Shown here one piece after another: positions 53,310 through 64,000 of a stretch of DNA of 64,000 nt (position 1 is its first letter; every line of letters starts with the position of its first letter). This DNA comes from the human T2T-CHM13v2.0 reference genome, Homo sapiens: the NCBI RefSeq assembly GCF_009914755.1, contig NC_060932.1; one strand, written 5' to 3'. The notes beneath the pieces are model-generated. The model saw only the letters and a program-made list of their open reading frames with translations, had not been told where the DNA came from and ran no database searches. Position numbers and translations under genes: made by a program.

Positions 53310-53975
53310 GATGATCTCACCTAAACTACTTACTTCAACAGCCTCTTAACTGGGCACCCTCTTTCCACCTCATACTCTCACAATCTATTTTCCAGAGCAG
53401 CCAGAGGGATCCGTTTTAAGTGTAAATATGGTAATTCAGTGCTGCTTGTCTTTCTCAAAATTACAAAACAAAACAAACAAATGGAAAACCCAAAACAACA
53501 AAACTCCAAAGACTCCCTATTATTTAGAGTAAAAGCCAAAGTCTTGACAGCAGTCAGCAGGCCATGCATAATCTGGCTCCTGCCACCTTTCCAACCTCTT
53601 CTTCCTCACACGCTCTACACCTTGGCCACATGACCTCCTTTTGTTGTTTCGTGAATGTGTCAGGCATGAACCTACCTGAGGACCTTCGTGCTGTCGGACC
53701 CCCACAGCTAAACTCCATCACAACTTAAGTTTGCTCATGAAGTCTCCCCTCCTGCTACCACACTGCCCAACAATCATTCTCTCTTGTATCTCCTCTCTTT
53801 TTGTCTTCATAGCACCTACTGACACCTAACATACTGTTTATTTCTTGACTGCCTGTCCCCACTAAAAAACAAATTCAATGCACATACTTCTTAGTCTCTT
53901 TCTCATTGTTCTATCCATAGTGCTTAGACAATTCCTGCCACATTGTAGGTACTCAATTAATGAAAGATTCGTTCA
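53310..53975 (+). mobile_element. L2 3' fragment
   Basis: agagcagccagagggatccgttttaagtgtaaat...ttagagtaaaagccaaagtc...ccatagtgcttagacaattcctgccacattgtaggtactcaat. Confidence 0.85.
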
Positions 53976-53978
53976 CTG

Positions 53979-54292
53979 TTTTTGGAACGGACTCTTGCTC
54001 TGTTGCCCAGGCTGGAGTCCAGTGGTGCGATCTCGGCTCACCGCAAGCTTCAGCTCACCACAACCTCCGCCTCCCGGGTTCAAGCGATTCTCTTGCCTCA
54101 GCCTCCTAAGTAGCTGGGATTACAGGCGCCCACCACCATGTCTGGCTAATTTTTGTATTTTTAGTAGAGGGGGTGTTTCACCATGTTGGCCAGGCTGGTC
54201 AGGTTCTGGTCAGAACTCCTGATCTCAGGTGATCCTCCTCCCTCGGCCTCCCAAAGTGCTGAGATTACAGGCATGAGCTACCACTCCCAGCC
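53979..54292 (-). mobile_element. AluS on minus strand with short internal duplications
   Basis: ctgttgcccaggctggagt...cctcggcctcccaaagtgctgagattacaggcatgagc. Confidence 0.95.
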
Positions 54293-54639
54293 TATTCATT
54301 CATTTTTATATCCATCACTTAACCATCTCCATTTTATAAATCGAGAAAACTAAAGACCAGATCAGTTACACTAGCCTTAAGTCAGAAATAGAAAGTGATC
54401 TGACCCTTAAGCAACTCCAAAACTGGACCACTCAAATGGACTTTACTACCAGCTGTTTCACTGGCACCCCCTCAAGGCTCTAAGAGAGGTATCTTAAGGA
54501 TTAGTGCCAAGAACTTCACATCACTATTTAAGCTCTTAGGTTAGATCTCCTTACTCCTATTCATCACTTCTTCCCCCAGACAATATTCACTCAATGTCCC
54601 TTACTTACAGTTCCAACATCATCAGGGCAAGTCATGACT

Positions 54640-54900
54640 TGTTATGATTAACTAGGATTCTGGGATCATAAAGTCCTCAGTCCAAATTTATTCAGCCACC
54701 AACTATGAGACCTTCAGCAAGAAGGTTAACTAGTTAAGCCATAAATTTTTCATATAAAGAATGGTGATAGTAATACTAACCTCACGGGTTTCTTAGAGAG
54801 ATTCAGGGAAAATTATGTATAGAAACACCTTGATACTGCAGGCAATCTAGCAGAGTAGGCACTTAGAAGGTGTTACCTTTCACTACAAGTATTATCATTT
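54640..54900 (+). mobile_element. MIR SINE
   Basis: aactatgagaccttcagcaag...gtgatagtaatactaacctcacggg. Confidence 0.65.
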
Positions 54901-55489
54901 AGCAAGTCATTCACTCACTCAAATATTTCCTGACTTCTATTTAGCAAGTCACTGTAAATGCACATAAGTGACTTCTTTCCAGTCACTTGGATTAATAGCT
55001 CCTTTTTAAATGTCCCTCTCCCCACACTGACAACCCCTTTAGTCTTTGATAAATGTTTTTTTAAAGCCACAAAATCAATTCAAAGGCAAAGAGAATACCT
55101 TATCCATTGACATTAACATAAAGCCCCCAAGGATCCACATGATCAATTGGTCAAAGGTCTAAGTAGAGCTGGTTCTTTGTTTCCTCTCAAACTTTTTACT
55201 GGAGAGACTAAGGGACAGATGTTAATAACCTTAGGGCACAAACGGAACAAACTCAGCTCTCTGCATAAGGTTAAATTAGCAGATGTAAGGATGAAAGGAG
55301 CTAGGAAGCCATTTCATTCATATATTTAGGGTAAACTTTAAGTAAATACCAATGGACCACATAAATTCTTCAGCTATATTCACAATGCTCGGACCATGTA
55401 ACTTAACATGTATTTGTATTCCCCATCTCTCTGTCTTATCTCTATGGTGCTTTTCTCCTCCAATTAAAAATTTAAGTATTTCAGGCCAG

Positions 55490-55910
55490 AGACCTCAGAG
55501 CCTAACAAACTAGAAACATGTTTCCTTCACTCCACCCAGGTCTGAGTGTCTGTACTAGCTCCCTCAGTATGGAGCACTTGTGCCTGGCCAACTCTTCTCA
55601 TTCTGGCTCCTTCTGACATCTCAGGATGCAGCTCAAATATAATTTCCTTAAAGAGATACCTCTGGGCAATCCTTACTAAGTTTTTTCCACCCTCGCTCTA
55701 TCAAGTCACCCTATTTGTGTTCTCCATAAAAGTTATCAGTACCTGAACTTAATTTTACATTTTTTTGCTTTATCTGTCTCCCTCTACAATGTACCCTCTA
55801 TGAAGAAGGGAATTCTGTCTGTGCTTTTTCCATTGCTGTAATCCCCAACACCCAGAACAATTACTATAAAACAGTAAGTGCTCCATTTGATATTTCTTGA
55901 ATAAGTGAAT
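55490..55910 (+). mobile_element. L2 3' fragment
   Basis: cagctcaaatataatttcctt...tttatctgtctccctctacaatgt...agtaagtgctccatttgatatttcttgaataagtgaat. Confidence 0.8.
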
Positions 55911-56229
55911 ATAATTAAGTATTCAGGAAATAATATTTAACTATAAGTCACAGATTTTTATCTGATCCTGTGGCAAAAAATAAAGAGGGACTCAAAATGG
56001 GAACTGTTAATCTATAATATGTACAACCTATGGCAAGGGGCCCACAGATTTAGGTCTAAGCCACGCCAAGTAGACTAGGGATGGTTGTTCCTCCTCCAGT
56101 GATTCAAATGGGTCTAGCAATCCAGAGCAAAGTGGTAAAATTTTACCTGCCACCTGCCTCTAGTTTTTCTCTTACTTTTTTCTCCCCAACACCCCACAGG
56201 TAACCACCTTTCTATGAGAGAAAGATACA

Positions 56230-56490
56230 CATCATCTGCATAGTGCTGGACAATTTAAATGTTTCCCTTCCACCTCTCAAGTGATCATCTAACAGCTTGG
56301 TGAGGTAGGAGTAACAGCGATAAGCACCTCCATTTCCCAATTCCCACGCTCTAATTTGCCAATGAGAAAACCAAAAGCCTGCGGAAAGTCAAAACACTAG
56401 TCCAAAGTCACAAAGGAGTAACCGGTGATGGCGGAGCTTGAAATCAGGAATTTCTGGCTCCAAATTTCTTACTCCTTCTACTATGGTTAA
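56230..56490 (-). mobile_element. MIR SINE
   Basis: gtgaggtagg...aatgagaaaacc...tccaaagtcaca. Confidence 0.6.
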
Positions 56491-57378
56491 GTTGCCTTTC
56501 CTAATATATAAAATGGATTTTTAACTTTAGTGTTAAAATACACTTGAGAGAAATAATGTTTGCACAGCCTCAGCAAGCAGCTTCCTTCCTCAAAAGTTGT
56601 CTCCATTTCCTGACATAGAATTAATTTAGGAAATGCTTACATTTTAAAACCCATAGTCAATTTGCTTCTAGCAAAACATTCTTGAATTTATAATGTTATC
56701 ACAAGCTCCTTCAATTATTATAGAAATATTTTAAATGCACATAACTATCCATCTTAGTGATAAATTTTATAAGTTATGACTTCAAAAGTCTACTCCAAAC
56801 TTAGATTCTATAAGCTAAGATTTTCACAGTTGTCCAATTCAAAATATACTTGAGTGTTTTCTCCCACTGGATTATAAAAATAAGATTCTCAACTCCAAAC
56901 TCGAAAATAACCCAACCCCATGTTATGATCAAAATAAGAAACCTGAATACAGGCAGACAGGGGTGAACTACTCAATATATAAAATTTAAATCAAACAGAC
57001 TAAAATCAAGTTGTACATTTTTTATTCTGTATGTATGTCTGTATACAAAAATAATTCAGTCCTTTAGAATAAGATACGGATGTTCTTTTTAAAATAATTG
57101 TAGTATCTTAAGCAAAAATTGAGTAAGTGTAACTAAGATCTTTTGATAAAACAATAGTTTATAGTCAAATTAACATTAGCATCAAGGAAGAAAGCAATTA
57201 ACATTAGCATCAGGAAGGGAATCCCAAACATGGAGAATCCGGAAATCATTTTTAAAGTTTTTTCAACAATAGATTTAATTTTTCAACATCTATATTTTTG
57301 ACAGACATAAAACATAATTTCAACTCCCTCAGTACATATCAACTAATAAGAAATGGGCCTGTAGAATGATGATGAAGA

Positions 57379-57545
57379 GGCAAGGCATGGTGGCTTACAC
57401 CTGTAATCCCACCACTTTGGGAGGCCGAGGCAGGTGGGTCATTTGAGGTCATGAGTTCAAGACCAGCCTGGCCAACATGGTAAAACCTGGTCTCTACTAA
57501 AAATACAAAAATTAGCTGGGCACGGTGGTGTGCGCCTCAAAAAAA
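57379..57545 (+). mobile_element. AluS with most of the right arm deleted, TSDs retained
   Basis: Left arm, linker and about 25 nt of right arm, then tc + A tail; TSD agaatga(tg/ca)atgaaga at 57363-57378 and 57546-57561. Confidence 0.92.
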
Positions 57546-57759
57546 AGAATGACAATGAAGAGTCTACAACTATCACGGGCAGTTGAGGGAAAGGGAGCCA
57601 GTTGGTATTTTAAATTTGCCTGATGCTCCACACCACAAATGACTTACACGCATAATAAAAGAGGTGAGAGTTGACCAGGGTAGCCTTAGATTTTCAGTAC
57701 TTCACCAAACATGTCCTGAAGCACCTATCCATCAAAGAGTGGGCTAGGCAGGGGGATTA

Positions 57760-58340
57760 TCCATTTGATAATATCTGGAGTGCCTACTATTTTAAAAAGC
57801 ACAATGCTTGCTTTGGGGCATAGTCCCTTTTTACGAAATTCAGTCTTGGGAGTCAAATGGTGGACACAGAGAGACAGGTGAGCAATTAATTTCAACAGAA
57901 TGAATAAGTACTAAGACAGAGGTACACAATTTCCTATAAAACAACAGAGGAGAAAAACTAACTCATCCTGACTAACAGAGAGGTGATGGGTGGCAAGGTA
58001 TCAGAGAAGACTTTGGGTGCTATGACACTTAGACTAAGTCCTCAACAATGGGCAGAATCAATGAGATGAACAAGTAGATAGCTGGGCTGACATGAATGGA
58101 CACATCATAAGATGAGGCACGGTATGCAACTGCTGCTGCAGATGAGGCAAGATAAGCAGTGAGGCAAGACAGAGGCGTGACCAGGACGGCCTTGTGGGCT
58201 GCACCACCACATGCGGCTCTCACCACAGAAGCAAAGGGCAGCCACCGAGGAGTGCTATGCAGAGGGTAGCACAAAGAAGACAGTTCTGATATTGAGATGC
58301 ATTTGGAATTTCCTGATATTTCATTCATGGCTAGGGGAAA
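57760..58340 (-). mobile_element. L2 fragment
   Basis: atatctggagtgcctacta...ttcagtcttggg...tcagagaagacttt. Confidence 0.6.
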
Positions 58341-58629
58341 ATGAGAAAACTCAATGCAAACAGAGATTGGCTCTAAAGGAAGAACAGATTTTGGTTCCTC
58401 TAAAACTGGACTTTTAATCACAAGCTGTACTGCCAGGTGAACTCCCAACCATGTCCACAAAAATCAAAGACTGACCAAGCAAATTTCCTAGGTTTAGTTG
58501 AAAATCTGTCAAAATCCAGAACTCAGCATGAGTCTTTAGACATATTTTTATGATGTTAACACTATGGTAATTTCAGTAATAGCAGACAATAAAAAAACAG
58601 AGGCTCTTTTCTAAATCGTAATATCCCAA

Positions 58630-58870
58630 TCGTCCAGTTTCTATAGTAGAAATTCCCAGTTCTACCATACATTAACCATACCGACCTGGCATACTTGCCT
58701 ATGATTTCTTTGTCTCAGCTTCCTCATCTACAAAATGGGGCTAATACAGTTTTTTTTGGGGGGGGGAGGGGGGTGAGGGGAGGGGAGGAGATAAAGATAG
58801 AGGGATTAAATGGTAGAACAAATATGAAAGAGCTTTATAATTCTCTACAAATAATAGAAATAACCATTGT
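58630..58870 (+). mobile_element. MIR SINE with G-rich insertion
   Basis: gtctcagcttcctcatctacaaaatggggctaatac. Confidence 0.75.
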
Positions 58871-59784
58871 TATGGGCTCAGACAACAGAATTATGAAGTA
58901 GAAAATTATGAGGAAGAAGTAGCTTCAATGCATTAATTAAAATTAAAAGGACTGTTTTAACTAAGTGATAAGTTAGCCAAGACCACTTATTTTTAACAGC
59001 ATAAAACCACCTATCAACCTCTCCTTGACCCCAGGAGTCATCAAGCAAATACTCGGAAAGATAGGGGTGAAGAGTCTAAACTTCATGGTGATAGATGTGT
59101 CATGAAGTGAATTAAACCACAAAGGCAATTAAGTCATAAAAGCAACAGCAGTGATAGTAACTAGACAGAAGGCTCAGAGGATCATCCCTGAAAAGATTTC
59201 ATTAACTAAACCACAAAGTCCTGCTGAAAAACATATCAGCAATCTAGTTAAAAATGGGTCACACTATTTATAGAGTCAATCACCAAATCACATATTCTCT
59301 AGTTAAAAAAAAAAAAAGTCTGAAAACTTTATTGAGCAAGCATGTTAAACAGTACTACTTCATGCCCACCAAAGGAAATAGTCTTTAAATTCTGCCCAAA
59401 CTTGACAGAAAATTTTCTGAATGGGCTCAATGCAGGAACAATTCCATTTCCCTATATATTTGAGCTTTACTATAAATAAACAAGCTTAACATGATGCCAA
59501 CATAATGTTTAAGTTACACTTTGAGAACCCACTGTACAAGTTTGGGACTCAAGACCAACCTGGGCCAGTATCTACTAAGGCGGCAGTGTTTCTCTGATGA
59601 AGCTCCTCTTTAGCTCTATTGTGAAGGAGGCTTTATTTGTTAGGCTCAGCAAGGGCTCCCACAGTGGGGAGGACAGCCATTCTATGAGAACGCAGTCCAG
59701 GGCAGGTTGTCAGAAATGTGTGCAAAAGGAACAAATTGCAGGCCTGGAAAATGAAGCACATTTGCTGTTCTGACTACAAGTGAC

Positions 59785-59920
59785 AAGTGCAATGCACCAA
59801 AATGCCATCTGTAGTTATCTGAGTGGTGGAATCATGGGTCATTTTAAAATTCTCTTCTCTGTATTTTGCTCAATTTTCAAGTTTTCCCCAATGGCCATAT
59901 TTTATAAAACTAAGAAAAGG
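59785..59920 (+). mobile_element. Old L1ME-like 3' terminus
   Basis: gtagttatctgagtggtggaatcatgggtcatttt. Confidence 0.55.
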
Positions 59921-60064
59921 TATCCAAATAGGTGGTAATTTTGAAAAGTAGAGAAATTTACGTCTAAAATAACAATAGCCTATGCTGTCTCATAGAGACA
60001 ATCTCTACTGGCATTGTATTCTATCTTTTCCTAGTCTTTTTTCAGTGCACATGCATCTTTTTCA

Positions 60065-60482
<418 letters not shown>

Positions 60483-60679
60483 CTAGATGGTTAAAAATCT
60501 ACTTTTAAGTAAACAAAAACAACTCAAAAAAAAATAGTAATTTGAATACGATCCATAATGATTTATTAATTGTACTCCTTCTAAATGAGAAGATCCGAAT
60601 TCAGCCTAGAACATGTAGGTGCAAATATACTCTTGTTCACCTCATTAAATTCTAAATGAACACCAACCACTGTAAATAT

Positions 60680-60925
60680 GTGGATCACTTGAGCCCAGGA
60701 GTTCAAAACCAGCCTGGATAACATAGCAAGACCCAGTCTCTCCAAAAAAAATACAAAAATTAGCTGGGTGTGGTGGTGTGCTCCTGTAGTCTCATCTATC
60801 AAGAAACTGAGGTGGGAGAATCACTTGAGCCTGGGAGGTCGACGCTGTAGTGAGCTGTGATCACGCCACTGCCCTCCAGCCTGGGTGACAGAGTAGGACC
60901 CTGTCTTTAAAAAAAAAAAAAAAAA
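60680..60925 (+). mobile_element. 5'-truncated AluJ
   Basis: ggatcacttgagcccaggagttc...gggaggtcgacgctgtagtgagctgtgat, poly(A). Confidence 0.93.
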
Positions 60926-61204
60926 GTACCATGCCTAAAAGAGCTGGCTACCATCCACCATCCCTGCAGCTGAACCCCTGGCCTTGAGCACTGATGGCAC
61001 CTTTGAAAGGGAGCTTGAACACAAACCAGACGAGAGCTAAATCTAACACACTTAAGCAAAATACAATATCACTAAAAGGAGGGGAAAAAAAACCCATTAG
61101 GAATTCTGGTTTTAAAAAAAATACTGCAACCCGTAGCAACTCCAGGGGGCCTTCTCTCCCTTTTGATAGTGAATGTCCTCTGCATTAGGGACATTTCCAG
61201 GCCC

Positions 61205-61390
61205 AAGGCATACACAGGCATTATCTCACTGAACCAACCATTACAGGTGGGTACTATTATAATTTCTATTTATAGGTAAGGAAAACAAGGCTAAAGGAAA
61301 TTAAATCAAGATAGCACAACTTTTATGTTCCAATGTGGGGATCTGAACTGATCTTTCTGATTCTAAAGCCCATGTTCAACCACTGTAGTA
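61205..61390 (-). mobile_element. MIR SINE
   Basis: ggtgggtactattataatttctatttataggtaaggaaaacaaggct. Confidence 0.7.
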
Positions 61391-62939
61391 ACAAAGCCTA
61401 GCACAGAAATTTTCCCCCCTAGAAATAGTTGCTTAGCTTGTTCTACCATTTAGTCATACCCTAGCATTCTGGATTTGGTTTTGCCAATGTGATTTTCAAC
61501 CAAACAAGATGAGGGAATAAGCACGTGAGAAAGACATCAAATGAAGGCCAAAAGGTGTCCCCTCATCTACAACTGATCCAATGACAGCAGAGTGACAGCT
61601 CATTAAATTAAAAAATGACTTGGCAAATGAAAGCAATCATAGCATGCACATACCTGTTCATGAAAGAACACAAGTGAACTGTTGGGTTTTTAATACTTTA
61701 GGTTTTCATGGAAGAATCATAAGTACATTTTCACATAACCAAGTGCTTATGTTCTCCTAGTTTAGTTTCTGAGAACAAATGGAAGGAGGTGGTGGATGGG
61801 CTGAACAATGGGGCAAATGAAATATACTGATAAGCAAAAATCCCTAAAGCCTGCAGATAATTTCTAAGCAATTCTGGTGGGTCCCTAAAATAAAACATAT
61901 CCTCTGCCTTCAACAAAATAAAATAACATAACCGTTTAAAAAAAAAAAAAACTTTTAAAAGGTCCACTTCTTTTCCTCATCTTTGCAGCTCTCACTCTCA
62001 ATGAGATCACGTATAAATTGAGTCCTCCTTCCAAATCTCTTACCTTAGAAAGGAAACTGCTATTTTGCTGTGCAATAATAGGTCAGAGAAGAAAACTGTT
62101 TTAAATAATGCCTTCATGCAAATTTACTGTAGGGTTATCTGCCGAGTAACAGACTACCCTTGTGGGATTCTCAAATTACAGTTATATTGCCCAACTAGGG
62201 GAGCTGCAGTTTGAAAATGAGAAACTTCTTTTGGCAGTGGAACACATAATCAACGTCCTCACAGAAAAGCAGACGTTTCAGCTACAGAAAATAAAAAATA
62301 AAATTAAATTAACTTCACTGCCTAAAACCATCAGCCCCAGGATATTCAAAAATCTTATGAATTTTTATCTCAGACATGATCCACATTCTGCATGAACTAA
62401 AAAACTCATGACTTTATACTATCAGTTCTGATATTTTAACAGTCTTTACTGGGGGAAAGGGAATGAATCCCCCAGTGTAAAGCAGCAGCCTGTCTGCAGT
62501 CAATGCCACTGCACTCGACACCACGTCCCATGCTCTTCTCCTCTCCCCACTTCAGCTCAGCCCTGCAGACTGCTGGCTTCCCTCACACACAATTTGCTGC
62601 AGTCCACCCCTAGGCTGGCAAGCAGCCCACCAATCACTCAGTGTGACAGGAAGTCAATCTGAATATAGAAGTACTGCATGTAAATGGACATTATAAATGA
62701 AAGTCTAGAATGCGTCACCTTCAATTTGGTCAGAAAAGGCCATTTTTAAGAAAACAATCATGCAAGGCTCTCACTTGGGGTCAAAAAGGTAAGCTTCCTC
62801 CCCCCACTTACACCCCACATATTAATTCTACTGGAGGGGCAACAACTTTCATACTGTGACATCCCTGACTTTATTTTTTAACCTTCATACCACTTTTTAT
62901 GATGCTCTCAAAACATATTGAAATGATGAGGAGGAGGAA

Positions 62940-63110
62940 GAAAAGGGTGGAACATTTGTTAAGCACCAGCTGTATTGCTAGGCATGGCACTGAGCTCCTT
63001 TTATACAGCAGTTTATTTAATCTTGAAACATTACAAAGTGGGTATCATCATGCCCATGTTACAGATGAGAGGGAACTGAGGTTTGCAGAGGTAACAAATT
63101 GTCCAAAAAC
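62940..63110 (-). mobile_element. MIR SINE
   Basis: cccatgttacagatgagagggaactgaggtttgcagaggt. Confidence 0.75.
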
Positions 63111-63549
63111 TACCTGTTTCTACCCCAATTTCACAATGAGGAGTTGAAGGCCCAGAAATACTAAGTGCTGTATCAAGGATAACAGAGTTAATACCCACAC
63201 TAGGAAACACAGATTGCCAGGCCTGTTCAGTACCAATGCCTGGGCAGGCTTTCCAAACCACAGCATGCTGCGCTTCCCAGTGGCACCTGCAAGGTGGGGA
63301 CCTGCAAAAACGTGCTTCACAGGGTCAGGATGGAACTGCTGTGGCATCTACATGCTCTAACTGGTGCAAACGAAAGGGAGCTAAGCCACAGATACTAAAC
63401 ATTAAACAATCCAAGACTGGTTTAGATGTGGTCGGGATGTGCAGACAACTACTTCAGCCACAGCAGACTGACCACTTTAATTAGATCTTGTTCAGGCCAA
63501 TAATTAACATTCATTTGCTTACTCTGAACTTCTGAACTTTAAGAGAGAG

Positions 63550-63740
63550 AGAGAAAAAGTGGGTTCCAACCCCAGGTCTTCCACAAGTTAGCTGGGTGAC
63601 CTTTCTGAATTTCGGTTACCGATTTGTAAATAAGTAACAACTACTGTCTGCTCCCGTCACAATTTTACTATGACAATTAGTGGAGAAAATGTGACAAGAG
63701 CCTCTATTAAACCACAAAACACTACAGCAACAGAAATAAT
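63550..63740 (+). mobile_element. MIR fragment
   Basis: gggttccaaccccagg...tagctgggtgacctt. Confidence 0.6.
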
Positions 63741-64000
63741 AATACATATCAAAAAGTAAAAACAAGCAAAAAATACTACATATCAATTGGGCAGGGAGAG
63801 TTCACAAGGAAAATAGTAGGCAGTCCCAAATCATGGTGGTGGCATGGGAGGGGATCATTCTAGGATTTACAAAAAGAAGAAGAAACAAAACCAAAAAAAG
63901 TCTATGAATACTCCACAAACTGGTACATTCTTTGTATATAACCAAGAGAGATCATATAACATAATGATCATGCCCTGTCAGGGATGAGAGTTGAGATCCA

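Noticed and set aside
58029-58460. Longest ORF in the window, 143 aa
   Set aside because: Largely overlaps an L2 relic, shows no recognisable domain, and such length is compatible with chance

Overview
This is primate, most likely human, non-coding genomic DNA. It is AT-rich and CpG-depleted and is dense in interspersed repeats: 17 Alu copies or fragments, old L1M fragments, many MIR and L2 relics, hAT and Tc1-mariner MITEs, one ERVL-type LTR and several microsatellites. I cannot support any protein-coding exon, RNA gene, CpG island or CRISPR array; the listed ORFs are short or repeat-derived. Repeat orientation and the A-rich + strand suggest an intron of a large minus-strand gene, which I cannot identify. 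The most notable feature is a TSD-flanked, 5'-truncated retrocopy at about 2900-3475 (minus strand) matching my recollection of the ITGB1 3'UTR. Other points of interest are an Alu splitting a MADE1 hairpin, a 17-nt ultra-truncated Alu, a 36-bp templated duplication, a strong Alu strand bias, candidate minus-strand micro-exon or recursive splice motifs and a CTCF-like motif. I see no evidence of a new multi-gene system. Repeat family calls are by eye from remembered consensus sequences, and boundaries of old repeats are approximate.
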